Notes: a model not told the origin generated them from the sequence alone. A stretch of DNA of 64,000 nucleotides from Clostridiales bacterium (GCA_012519315.1 JAAYQM010000100.1:23312-87311), one strand, 5' to 3'; counted from the first letter of the stretch, positions 9,918-19,562 are shown. Numbers and translations are program-made.

Positions 9918-10095
9918 CTTAGCATTTCATGTTGTTTTCATATTTTGTTTTGCAGAAGAGTCCTTGGAGGCTCTTTTGTTCTATTTAAAACTTTATTTCT
10001 CTCTTTGCAGCAGAATTCTTTAATATGTGCAACTCAAATCTTCAGGCAAAGGAAGGACAGCGATATGGCATAATATCTCTGTCATGGATTTATGT

Positions 10096-11601
10096 ATGGC
10101 ACAATATATCATGTCACTAGATCAGGGAACCACAGGTTCCCGCTGCATTATTTTCTCCCTTGACGGCGCGCTCAAGGCCGCGCAAAGTATGGAATATCCT
10201 CTTTTTTATCCGCGACCGGGCTGGGTTGAGCAGGACCCTTACGACATTTTGACATCACAGCTGTCGGTTGCAAAAAAAGCAGTTGAAACAGCGGAGATTG
10301 AATGGTCGGAAATTGCCGCTCTTGGCATCACCAATCAGCGAGAAACGACGATCCTATGGGATCGCAAAACAGGAAAACCTGTATCAAATGCGATTGTTTG
10401 GCAATGCCGCCGGACAGCCGAGGATTGTGCTAAATTAAAGGAAAACGGACTTGAAGCGACTATCAGACAAAAAACCGGACTTCTTTGTGATCCGTATTTT
10501 TCGGCTACAAAAATAAAGTGGTTACTGGATAATATCGAAGGTTTGCGCCAACGCGCTCAGCGCGGCGAGATTTTGTTCGGTACCGTTGATACCTGGCTCA
10601 TTTGGAATCTGAGCGGCGGGAAAATCCATGCAACCGATTATACAAACGCCTCACGCACCATGCTCTTCAATATTCATACCCTTTCATGGGATGAGGAATT
10701 GCTAAGGCTCTTTGATATTCCTCCTGAGATTTTGCCTACAGTACAGCCCTCTTGCAGCTTTTTCGGTATGACCGATGCCTCGGTGCTTGGTGCCGCTTTG
10801 CCGATATCGGGGGTTGCCGGCGATCAGCAGGCGGCTCTTTTCGGACAATGCTGCTTTGAGGAGGGCGAGCTGAAAAACACATATGGTACAGGCGGGTTTT
10901 TGCTGATGAACACCGGTACCTCGCCGGTAAATGCCAGTGGCGGTCTGTTAACAACCGTAGCCTGTGATGTCGAGGGCAAGGTGCATTATGCCCTTGAAGG
11001 TTCTATTTTCATCTGCGGCGCGGTTATTCAATGGATTCGAGACGGTCTCGGGCTGATAAGCTCGGCCTCCGAAAGCGAGGAAGTTGCCAAAGTTGCGCCC
11101 GATAACGGCGGGGTATATCTTGTTCCGGCCTTTGTCGGTCTTGGCGCCCCCTATTGGGATCCTTATGCTCGTGGAGCGATTTTCGGTCTTACCCGTTCAT
11201 CGAACAAGCATCATATTGTACGTGCGGCTATTGAATCAATGGCCTATCAGACCTATGAAGTCATTTCTGCGATGGAGTCGGCATGCGGCATCAAGATTTC
11301 TTCCCTGAAGGTTGACGGCGGCGCCGCAAAAAACGATCTGCTCTTACAGTTCCAGTCTGACATTCTCGACATTGAGGTGGTTCGTCCATATTGCTTCGAG
11401 ACAACGGCGCTTGGCGCAGCCTATCTTGCCGGTCTTGCGACCGGTCTATATAAAAACACCGAAGAAATACGCATGCTAGCGCAAAAAAGCAATATTTTTA
11501 GATCTAATATGTCCGATGTCGACAGAAAAAAGCTGATTGCCGGCTGGCACAATGCGGTTCATCGCACGCTTAATTATGATATATATGAAAAAACCGATTG
11601 A
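10096..11601 (+). CDS. glpK: Glycerol kinase
   Basis: The N-terminus is MAQYIMSLDQGTTGSR. ITNQRETT and the FGGY-family pattern run throughout. The start at 10096 was chosen by N-terminal homology, and its SD is weak. Confidence 0.95.
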   Translation: MAQYIMSLDQGTTGSRCIIFSLDGALKAAQSMEYPLFYPRPGWVEQDPYDILTSQLSVAKKAVETAEIEWSEIAALGITNQRETTILWDRKTGKPVSNAIVWQCRRTAEDCAKLKENGLEATIRQKTGLLCDPYFSATKIKWLLDNIEGLRQRAQRGEILFGTVDTWLIWNLSGGKIHATDYTNASRTMLFNIHTLSWDEELLRLFDIPPEILPTVQPSCSFFGMTDASVLGAALPISGVAGDQQAALFGQCCFEEGELKNTYGTGGFLLMNTGTSPVNASGGLLTTVACDVEGKVHYALEGSIFICGAVIQWIRDGLGLISSASESEEVAKVAPDNGGVYLVPAFVGLGAPYWDPYARGAIFGLTRSSNKHHIVRAAIESMAYQTYEVISAMESACGIKISSLKVDGGAAKNDLLLQFQSDILDIEVVRPYCFETTALGAAYLAGLATGLYKNTEEIRMLAQKSNIFRSNMSDVDRKKLIAGWHNAVHRTLNYDIYEKTD

Positions 11602-11621
11602 TAAGTCTCAATCGGTTTTTT
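11588..11621. terminator. Bidirectional rho-independent terminator
   Basis: AAAAAACCGATTG (11588-11600) pairs with CAATCGGTTTTTT (11609-11621). It overlaps the stop codons of the two convergent genes. Confidence 0.75.
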
Positions 11622-12382
11622 CATATGGTAGATGATATTTTATGATATCGGTATTCCCTTCCCTCTTTTTCTCCCTTTCGAACAAGTCCTTTTTCTATTA
11701 GGATTGCCAGAGCTTTATAGGCGACAGACGAAGGAACTTTAGCTGTTTTTGCATATTCGGCGGCAAAAAAGCTATCGGTTAGGTTTTCAGGCAAAAAAAT
11801 ATGATAATCAGAGGGGTGTCTTAAGTATTTCTGCTCATGAAGGGAGAGGGGAATTCGCTCATATCGGCGTGAGCCCTTCTTTTTGTCCCTGCTGTACCCG
11901 CACAAGAGCCTGTAGTCTTCCACCTCCAGCAGCATAATGCAAAAATTCAGGGATTTGTGACAAAGCAGCTCTCGTATACTGTACAGCTCGGGAATAATAT
12001 CAAATACAGTGCCGTCTCGCGGTGATTTTCTCCGGTTGGTGATGCTACCGTCCTCGGTATTTACCCATAAAATCCATTTTTTTGCTGCCACCGGATAAAC
12101 AACGGTCACAGTATATCCGTTATCAAGAAAAGACTTCAGCTTTGCCTTCATTCGATAAAAATCGCTTGTCTGAATTTCAATAATGCTCATTTTATCTTGA
12201 ATATCGACAACATATCCAAGCAGACTTATTTCATGATTCTCTTCATTTTCTTCAAAAAAGCGTTTGAGAACAGCATGCAACCGCCTCTCCTTATAGGTGC
12301 CGATCCCGCTTGCCGTAAGCTTTCGCAAAGGATCCTCTTTGCATATCCGCTCAAACCGCAGACGGTCGGAGATCCCGCTCAC
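11621..12382 (-). CDS. Hypothetical protein, possibly PD-(D/E)xK-like nuclease fold with a C-terminal winged-helix
   Basis: 253 aa. VVDIQD...IIEIQTSDF resembles the D...E-x-Q/K core of CoiA-type nucleases. The C-terminus VAYKALAILIEKGLVRKGEKEGREYRY looks wHTH-like. The family is not recognised with certainty. Confidence 0.55.
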   Translation of the reverse strand: MSGISDRLRFERICKEDPLRKLTASGIGTYKERRLHAVLKRFFEENEENHEISLLGYVVDIQDKMSIIEIQTSDFYRMKAKLKSFLDNGYTVTVVYPVAAKKWILWVNTEDGSITNRRKSPRDGTVFDIIPELYSIRELLCHKSLNFCIMLLEVEDYRLLCGYSRDKKKGSRRYERIPLSLHEQKYLRHPSDYHIFLPENLTDSFFAAEYAKTAKVPSSVAYKALAILIEKGLVRKGEKEGREYRYHKISSTI

Positions 12383-12474
12383 GCTGTGATCTCCGTTTCT
12401 TTTTGTAAGCTTAAAGGTGTCAAGTGTTTTAACATAGTCCTTATTTTAACCTTAAATAAATTTTAATATTTGAA

Positions 12475-13143
12475 TTAAATTGCCTCATTATCGGTAGCCA
12501 TAGATTGAAGTTCGCAAAGCAGCTTTAACGCTGTCTCGGCAGCCGATGCGGCGTCGGGAGCATAAGCATCAGCACCGATTTTTTTGCAGAATTCATCATT
12601 AAGGGGCGCGCCGCCCACCATAATTTTCACACGATCTCGTATACCCTCGGTTATACACAGATCTACTACATTTTTCATTTCGGGCATGGTAGTTGTCAGC
12701 AGAGCCGAGCAGCAAATAAGAGAGCAATCCTGATTCCTTGCCGCCTCAACAAAGGCCGATGCGGTCACATTAGTGCCAAGATCAACCACCTCAATGCCAT
12801 GCCCTTCCATCATAATTTTTACTAAATTTTTTCCGATATCATGCTGATCGCCCTTAACGGTGCCGATACACGCTCTTCCTCTGGTTCTTTGGCTGTTTTC
12901 TTTAAAAAAGGGCTTCAATGTATCGATTCCGATCTGCATCGCCCGTGCCGCCATCATAACCTCCGGAATATAAACCCTGTTATTTTTAAATTTTTCTCCG
13001 ATTTTTTCCATGCCGTCCAGAAGACCATAATTAAGTATATCTTCGGCACTGATACCTTGATTGAGTGCATTTTCAACAAGCTGCTTTATTTCCTTAAATC
13101 TTCCGAATTCAATTTTTTGCGATATCTCTGCTGTTAATTGCAT
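12475..13143 (-). CDS. Cobalamin-binding corrinoid protein (methyltransferase-cognate type)
   Basis: 222 aa with an N-terminal B12-binding cap helix bundle. The DxHxxG motif is present (GDQHDIGKNLV), plus the Rossmann-like B12-binding domain (MVGGAPL). Confidence 0.85.
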   Translation of the reverse strand: MQLTAEISQKIEFGRFKEIKQLVENALNQGISAEDILNYGLLDGMEKIGEKFKNNRVYIPEVMMAARAMQIGIDTLKPFFKENSQRTRGRACIGTVKGDQHDIGKNLVKIMMEGHGIEVVDLGTNVTASAFVEAARNQDCSLICCSALLTTTMPEMKNVVDLCITEGIRDRVKIMVGGAPLNDEFCKKIGADAYAPDAASAAETALKLLCELQSMATDNEAI

Positions 13144-13355
13144 TTTCTCTTTCTGTCCCTATTTTTATTTAGGTGCATCCTTTCTTTTATACGTCGTTTT
13201 TTATAAAAAATATTGGTTGTCTCTTATATTTTTGTTACACATAAAAGTTTTATAGCGGTGCAAATTATAATTGTGCTCGAATATGAATAACCGGCGAATC
13301 AATGGCAAATATTAGATAATATTAAATATATTCGAATGTCAAAGGACACCATTGC

Positions 13356-14666
13356 ATGAATGAGATTTCCGGATTGTCAATTCGTGAATACTATAAAGGG
13401 AAGATTTTTATCGACTCCGGTAAAAATCATGGTTGCAGCATGCAAAATAAAAAATTCAAGATTGGATTGAGCATTGTTTTAACATTGCTATTGCTGTTTA
13501 CGGCAGTAGTAGGCATCTATGATTACTTTGTTCCCGATCAGGTATCTGTCTTTTCCGGTGAATCGACGCCGGCTTATTTTCTTGTAACTTTAGACGAGAA
13601 TCCAGAAGCTGTTCCCGCGTCTGCCGTGGCAAATGGTCTTCCTTCGGCCATTACCGAAACGTCGGCGAGAGCAAAGCTTTTTGGTATCCTGCCGATAAAG
13701 TCTGTAGATGTCAATTATTACGACAACATAAAGCTATATCCGGGTGGTATGCCCTTTGGCGTAAAGTTTTTCACTCAGGGCGTGCTTGTTGTCGGATTTA
13801 CCGAGGTGGATAGCAGCTCGGGGAAAATAAGCCCAGCTTATGAAAGCGGATTACGGGTCAAGGATATCATCACCAGCATTAACGGCAAAGAGGTTAATAC
13901 CGTTGAGGAGATCACCTCTTTCATTGAAGAAAGCGGCGGAAAGCCCCTAAGCATCGGCTATATGAGGAATAATACCGAACATCATACGTCCCTAACCCCG
14001 ATATTTTCGACCAGCGAATCACGCTATAAGGCGGGGGTTTGGATTAGAGATAGTACTGCCGGTATCGGAACAGTAACCTTTATCAATCCGGCAAACAAGG
14101 CCTTTGCCGGTCTTGGACATGGCATATGCGATGTGGATACCGGTGAGCTTATGCCTTTAATGAAAGGAAGTGTAACAAATGTTACAATCAGCGGGATCAC
14201 AAAGGGACTGGCCGGTGCGCCCGGTGAGATTAAAGGCTATTTCACCGGTGACAAAACGGGAACTTTAATCGGGAACACCGAAGCGGGGGTATATGGAATG
14301 TTTACAGAGGTACCCTCCGGCGTTCCTGAAGGACCTCTTCCGATTGCTCTGAGAAATCAGGTTAAGGAAGGTAAGGCCTATATTTGGAGTACTCTTGAAA
14401 ACGATGCACCACGAAAATATGAAATAAATATTTCGGATATCAATCGAAATTCGAACGCACTGACTAAAAGCTTTGTTATTAAGGTGACCGATCCGGCACT
14501 ACTTGAGCTAAGCGGCGGAATCGTTCAGGGGATGAGCGGCAGTCCGATTATCCAGAACGGCAGAATAGTCGGCGCAGTAACGCACGTATTAATTAATGAC
14601 CCAACAACAGGTTACGGCATTTTTATTGAAAATATGTTGAAAAGCATGCCCCAGTTGTTGAAATAA
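13356..14666 (+). CDS. spoIVB: SpoIVB peptidase (stage IV sporulation signalling protease, S55)
   Basis: It has a TM anchor, a PDZ-like segment (GLRVKDIITSINGKEV), and an S55 core (GIGTVTFINP...AGLGHGI, GMSGSPIIQNGRIVGAVTHV). An alternative start exists at 13440. Confidence 0.9.
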   Translation: MNEISGLSIREYYKGKIFIDSGKNHGCSMQNKKFKIGLSIVLTLLLLFTAVVGIYDYFVPDQVSVFSGESTPAYFLVTLDENPEAVPASAVANGLPSAITETSARAKLFGILPIKSVDVNYYDNIKLYPGGMPFGVKFFTQGVLVVGFTEVDSSSGKISPAYESGLRVKDIITSINGKEVNTVEEITSFIEESGGKPLSIGYMRNNTEHHTSLTPIFSTSESRYKAGVWIRDSTAGIGTVTFINPANKAFAGLGHGICDVDTGELMPLMKGSVTNVTISGITKGLAGAPGEIKGYFTGDKTGTLIGNTEAGVYGMFTEVPSGVPEGPLPIALRNQVKEGKAYIWSTLENDAPRKYEINISDINRNSNALTKSFVIKVTDPALLELSGGIVQGMSGSPIIQNGRIVGAVTHVLINDPTTGYGIFIENMLKSMPQLLK

Positions 14667-14734
14667 TTATACCATTTAGAACACATTTTATCAAGGGATA
14701 CAAGATTTTCACTGATAAATTTGTCAGCCAAATG

Positions 14735-14769
14735 AAAAATCCGCAACATTTATTGCTGCGGATTTTTTT
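14735..14769. terminator. Rho-independent terminator between convergent spoIVB and the AraC-family gene
   Basis: ATCCGCAACA pairs with TGCTGCGGAT (one mismatch). The stem is flanked by an A-run and a T7 run. Confidence 0.7.
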
Positions 14770-14818
14770 GGGCTATTCTGCATATAGTAATTTTTTTGAG
14801 ATCTTTGTAATAAATATA

Positions 14819-15679
14819 TTACGGCTCTGAATTATCGCTTTTGGTGCTTCCTATGTTCTTTCGGTATTGGCTTGGGGTAATGCCTGTGATGCTTCGAAAT
14901 GCTCTGTTAAAGGAACGCAGTGAATTAAATCCTGAGCCGTAAGCAATTTCAGATATACTTTTGTCTGTGTTTCTAAGCTCCCGGCTTGCATCGGATACGC
15001 GCAGGCTATTTATATAGGAATTAAACCCCATTTTTAGGCGACTGCTGAACATATGTGAAATGTAATATCGGCTGATATGTAGCTCTTGTTCAAGGTCGCT
15101 GAGCTTGATATCCTTTGTATAATTCTGCATGCAATATATCAAAATGCTCTTTAGCGTGTCGATATTGACCGTCTTGATATTTTCGAAGGTTGTCATCTGG
15201 AAAATCTCACCGAGCAGGATTAAAAAATAACCTCTCATTATTGCGTTTTTGAATTCGCCGTTTTTGTTTTTTTCAACGCTGAGCTGTTCAAGCAGCATGG
15301 AAATTTTTTTATTTTGAGAGGCATTTTTTATAATAGGAGAGACCGGTACTTTTGATGAAAAAATATGCTTATATTCGGGATAGAGATCGGGAGAAAAGAT
15401 TAAAATAATGCTGTTATTGCCATCATATTCTTCGTAGGAATGAATCTGGTTCGGAAAAGAAATAAAAATATCTCCGGTTGAGATAATGACGTCGATAGAG
15501 TCGACAGCGGCTTTTACATTCCCTTCAATCATGTAAACAAGTTCAACATGATGATGCAAATGAGCATCGCAGGCAAGCTTTGAACGATGCTGAATGTAAA
15601 ATAAATCATCCTTCTTTTCATAATAAATACGCATGGTTTCTCTCCAAATATAGCAAGATTTGTCGTATAACCGATTCAT
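14819..15679 (-). CDS. AraC family transcriptional regulator (cupin N-domain plus HTH_18)
   Basis: 286 aa. The C-terminal AraC signature is present (LSDLEQELHISRYYISHMF...GFNSLRSFNRAFRSITGITPSQYR). Confidence 0.85.
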   Translation of the reverse strand: MNRLYDKSCYIWRETMRIYYEKKDDLFYIQHRSKLACDAHLHHHVELVYMIEGNVKAAVDSIDVIISTGDIFISFPNQIHSYEEYDGNNSIILIFSPDLYPEYKHIFSSKVPVSPIIKNASQNKKISMLLEQLSVEKNKNGEFKNAIMRGYFLILLGEIFQMTTFENIKTVNIDTLKSILIYCMQNYTKDIKLSDLEQELHISRYYISHMFSSRLKMGFNSYINSLRVSDASRELRNTDKSISEIAYGSGFNSLRSFNRAFRSITGITPSQYRKNIGSTKSDNSEP

Positions 15680-15805
15680 TTTTTACTATAATAGCACATT
15701 TCTTCTGATATTTCAACAGATTTTTTATGTTTTGAAATATTGTCGCCATCAGTCGCCCAAATATGTCTGAATTTTACTTTTCCCCTTTTTTTTGATGAGG
15801 TGATA

Positions 15806-15814
15806 TGGTATAAT
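15806..15814 (+). promoter_or_regulatory. Extended -10 promoter element TGGTATAAT (P1)
   Basis: This is a TGnTATAAT match. It is identical to a second copy 102 nt downstream. Confidence 0.4.
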
Positions 15815-15907
15815 AACCCTAAGATGTGAGATAACGCAATTCGCCGCTGACGAATTTAGAAATTTGCCGCACAATGTAGCGCAAAGCGGTGTGTTGCTGC
15901 AAATTTA

Positions 15908-15916
15908 TGGTATAAT
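15908..15916 (+). promoter_or_regulatory. Extended -10 promoter element TGGTATAAT (P2), about 50 nt upstream of the DUF3006 start
   Basis: This is a TGnTATAAT match. Confidence 0.4.
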
Positions 15917-15965
15917 GACTTAGGATAAAATTTTATTCAAAAATATTGTATAGGATCTGAAAATT

Positions 15966-16220
15966 ATGAATCAACATAAAAACATCCGACTTTCGGTGGA
16001 CAGAACCGAGGCTGATATTGTTATCTGCTTTGATGATTTTGGAAACAAGTATGAGCTTTCGGCTGATATTGTCGGCCATTTCAAGGACGGGGATATTATA
16101 TATGCAACCTTTTCAGAGGGAAATATTATCTCTGCCTACCTTGCCGAAGAAGAAACAAGTTCAAAAAAAGCGGCTTTACAGAACAGGCTCAACCGTCTAT
16201 TCGACAAAAAAAATAATTAG
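15966..16220 (+). CDS. DUF3006 domain protein
   Basis: 84 aa. The pattern LSVDRTEADIVICFDDFGNKYELSADIV..FKDGDII is typical of DUF3006. TAG stop. Confidence 0.7.
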   Translation: MNQHKNIRLSVDRTEADIVICFDDFGNKYELSADIVGHFKDGDIIYATFSEGNIISAYLAEEETSSKKAALQNRLNRLFDKKNN

Positions 16221-16243
16221 CAAAAGGAGTTTTGTGACAAACT

Positions 16244-16951
16244 ATGGAATCAATAAAGGAAATAACACTTATTATAAAAGAGGTTTTATTCAAAGGCTTA
16301 TTGGGAATACACCTTGAGAAAACCCCATACAGCTCCCAGGTTTTTGATTTTATATTTATTTCTGGCTATATTTTATGCATTGTTATTCCCTATCTGCTTG
16401 GCAGCTTTAACTTTGCCATTGTTATTTCAAAATGGAAATACAAAGACGATATCCGCAATCACGGCAGCAAAAACGGCGGTATGACCAATATGCTCCGCAC
16501 CTATGGAAGGGGAGCCGCTGCCGCTACTTTGATAGGAGATACCCTCAAGGCAATTGTTGCCGTTATCTTTGGATATCTTGTATTCGGCAAGAACACTGCC
16601 TATGTCGCCGGACTTTTCTGCATTATCGGGCATGTCTTTCCTATTTACTTCAATTTTCAAGGAGGAAAGGGAGTTGTCACCGCAGCAACAATGGTTCTCC
16701 TTCTCAATCCATTGGTATTCTTCATTCTTTTTATTATGTTCGTATTGCTTGTGGCATCGACAAAATTCATCTCCCTCGGTTCGATTATCTGTATAATGGT
16801 TTACCCCATTTTGCTTAACAGAATAGACGGCCCCGATTTTTCAAACATAATTGCGATATTTATCATGATACTTGTGGTTTTTTTACATCGCGGGAATATC
16901 AAACGCCTTCTTGCGGGTACCGAATCGAAGGTATCCTTTAAAAAGAAATAA
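16244..16951 (+). CDS. plsY: Glycerol-3-phosphate acyltransferase PlsY, with about 30 extra N-terminal residues
   Basis: YLLGSFNFA, DIRNHGSKNGGMTNMLR (a variant of GSGNxGATN) and FQGGKGV are present. Confidence 0.88.
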   Translation: MESIKEITLIIKEVLFKGLLGIHLEKTPYSSQVFDFIFISGYILCIVIPYLLGSFNFAIVISKWKYKDDIRNHGSKNGGMTNMLRTYGRGAAAATLIGDTLKAIVAVIFGYLVFGKNTAYVAGLFCIIGHVFPIYFNFQGGKGVVTAATMVLLLNPLVFFILFIMFVLLVASTKFISLGSIICIMVYPILLNRIDGPDFSNIIAIFIMILVVFLHRGNIKRLLAGTESKVSFKKK

Positions 16952-16973
16952 TTGAGAAAGAAATCGATTAATA

Positions 16974-18161
16974 ATGGAATCAAAAAATCCAGTGCCTCAA
17001 GACATATTGTTAAATATCCTTCTGCTTGCCTATGATAAAAAGGTGCTTAAAAAAGCTGTTTTTTCAAAATCCGCTAGAAAAGATATCAAAAGAGGGACAG
17101 CGACACTTCGCCGTATCGGAAGCGATGTTCTGCTTCAAATTGAATATCTAATGTCCGATCACAAGGTTATACATCGCAATTTTGACAGAAAGGCTCTTGC
17201 TGAGGAACTTTTGCAGCTTATTTCTTCATATGGTCAGATTAATGTCATCACCACCTTTGGTGAGTGCGAGTACCGAACCTCAAAAAAAGGAAAAGCCATC
17301 CTTATTGGAGGGGACAGGCTTTTCCAAAGGCTGGAAGAATCGAATGAGGGGACAGAGCAACTTGAAATTGTCCCGCATAATCGTGAAAAAAATTATATTC
17401 TGCAGGGAAACGAGCCCTTTTTGATAAAGCTGGAAATCAGTGATGCTCGCGGTCGTGTGCGCGATAAAAAGCAACCGAAATTCCGTCAGATAAACCGTTT
17501 TCTTGAGCATATCAGGGATATTACTAGATATCTGCCATCGATGGGAGAGCTGATAATTTATGATCTTTGTTGTGGCAAGAGTTATCTCAGTTTTGCCGCC
17601 TACTATTATTTTACCTCGATAATGGGGCGAAAAGTTTCGATGACAGGGGTTGATCTTAAACCGGATGTCATCAAGTTTTGCAACGATACCGCGCGTTTGT
17701 TGGAATTTGACGGTCTTTCCTTTATAAACCTTGATATTACAAAATTTTCGCCAAAGGATAGGCCTCATCTTGTTTTGTCTTTACATGCCTGCGACACCGC
17801 CACCGACATTGTTCTTGATTTTGCCTCCTCTATGAAGGTGGATGTTATTCTTTCCACCCCCTGCTGTCATCATGAATTAAGCGGCAAACTGAACTGTCCC
17901 CCTCTGCAATTTATTGCGGAGCATTCAATGCTGAGGCAAAAGCTATGCGATGCCGCTACCGATGCTTTACGTCTGAAAAAGCTTGAAAGCGAGGGGTATT
18001 CTGTCTCCGCCCTTGAATTAACAGACCCCGACGACACACCGAAAAACATCCTCCTTCGTGCAATCAAACGTAGCGATTTTGATCCATCCTCGCCTGCCGC
18101 ACTCAAGCTTAAAAAGGAGTATCGGGCAGCCCAATATTTTTTAACTGGGAGAGACGATTAA
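16974..18161 (+). CDS. Class I SAM-dependent methyltransferase (Methyltransf_32-like), substrate unknown
   Basis: 395 aa with a DLCCGKSYLSF (motif I-like) methyltransferase core. The TAA stop abuts the folC ATG (TAAATG). Confidence 0.7.
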   Translation: MESKNPVPQDILLNILLLAYDKKVLKKAVFSKSARKDIKRGTATLRRIGSDVLLQIEYLMSDHKVIHRNFDRKALAEELLQLISSYGQINVITTFGECEYRTSKKGKAILIGGDRLFQRLEESNEGTEQLEIVPHNREKNYILQGNEPFLIKLEISDARGRVRDKKQPKFRQINRFLEHIRDITRYLPSMGELIIYDLCCGKSYLSFAAYYYFTSIMGRKVSMTGVDLKPDVIKFCNDTARLLEFDGLSFINLDITKFSPKDRPHLVLSLHACDTATDIVLDFASSMKVDVILSTPCCHHELSGKLNCPPLQFIAEHSMLRQKLCDAATDALRLKKLESEGYSVSALELTDPDDTPKNILLRAIKRSDFDPSSPAALKLKKEYRAAQYFLTGRDD

Positions 18162-19562
18162 ATGACTTACAAAAATGCATTAAAGTATATACATTCTGCA
18201 AGCCGAACATCTTCCCCCCCAACCCTTGAGCGTATGCGTCTGCTCTGTCGTTATCTTGGAGACCCCCAGGACAAGCTGCGCTTCGTTCATATCGCCGGAA
18301 CAAACGGAAAGGGCTCCGCTTCCTCTATGCTTTCCTCTATTCTTCAGACCGCCGGCTATAAAACAGGTCTTTTTATATCCCCGTATATAAACGATTTTCG
18401 CGAAAGAATCTCAGTTAACAACCAAGTTATCTCCCCCGAACAATTAGCGACCCATGTAAAAGCAATTGCCGGCGCGATTAGCCAAATTAAACAGGACATC
18501 CAATCCAACGACCCTAATCTGCCAAAGGCTTTTCTCAACGGCTTGATTTCCCCCGATCCGGTAGAATTTGAGATTGTCACGGCATTAGGATTCTTATTTT
18601 TTGCACAGCAGAAGTGCGATATCGTTGTTCTCGAATGTGGTCTCGGCGGTCGCTTTGATGCAACAAATATCATAGCGCCCCCCCTGCTTTCGATAATTAT
18701 GAAAATCAGTCTTGACCATACCGAAATCCTCGGAAATACCCTTGTGGATATTGCAAAAGAAAAGGCCGGTATTATAAAAAAAGGTACAAAAGCGGTTGTT
18801 GCATACCCAACCCCTTCCCATGAGGTTATAAACCTACTTAAAGATGTATGTGAGAGGCAGAGCTCCTCACTTAAAACGCCTAACATGAGCTATGCCACCG
18901 TTATCGGAAACTCACCGGGGGGGCTTCGATTTCGCTATTGCGGGCGCACTTACTTCAGCTCGCTGCCGGCCCTATATCAGCTTTCAAATGCCTGTACCGT
19001 AATAGAGGCTGCCAATGCCCTAAACCTGCTCTCCTTTAGAATTCGGGAGGAGGATATAATTAAGGGGCTTGCTACAGCAAAATTTCCTGCCAGATTTGAG
19101 TTGTTCGGCATAGCACCGACAATTATCATAGATGGCGCACACAATGCCGATGGAATTGATGCCCTTGCCTGCAGCCTCAACTCAATCTTCGGCAGCAAGG
19201 GTATAAAGGTTCACTTCCTGATAGGAATGCTGCGTGATAAATCGCCGGCAAATGCGCTAAAAAGCATTTTAACCTATACAAAACAGGGCAATCAGGGTAC
19301 CCTGACCATTGGGCGGATAGCCGCCGTTACACCCCAGAGCCCCCGTGCCATTCCTGCGCGGGAATTGGCGCGAATTTTAGGTGACATCTTCACCACCTCC
19401 TGCGATTCGATCGACTATTATAAAAACGTTTACATAGCACTAAACGATCTACTTGCCGGAATTGAAGAGCACGATGCGTTAATCTGTTTTGGCTCTCTTT
19501 ACTTGGCAGGTGAGGTTCGGGAAGCGCTTAGTAAAATTTTTGCACGAAATCTAAAACTATAA
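18162..19562 (+). CDS. folC: Bifunctional folylpolyglutamate synthase / dihydrofolate synthase
   Basis: HIAGTNGKGS P-loop and Mur-ligase family pattern (ECGLGGRFDATN, IIDGAHN) are present. Confidence 0.92.
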   Translation: MTYKNALKYIHSASRTSSPPTLERMRLLCRYLGDPQDKLRFVHIAGTNGKGSASSMLSSILQTAGYKTGLFISPYINDFRERISVNNQVISPEQLATHVKAIAGAISQIKQDIQSNDPNLPKAFLNGLISPDPVEFEIVTALGFLFFAQQKCDIVVLECGLGGRFDATNIIAPPLLSIIMKISLDHTEILGNTLVDIAKEKAGIIKKGTKAVVAYPTPSHEVINLLKDVCERQSSSLKTPNMSYATVIGNSPGGLRFRYCGRTYFSSLPALYQLSNACTVIEAANALNLLSFRIREEDIIKGLATAKFPARFELFGIAPTIIIDGAHNADGIDALACSLNSIFGSKGIKVHFLIGMLRDKSPANALKSILTYTKQGNQGTLTIGRIAAVTPQSPRAIPARELARILGDIFTTSCDSIDYYKNVYIALNDLLAGIEEHDALICFGSLYLAGEVREALSKIFARNLKL

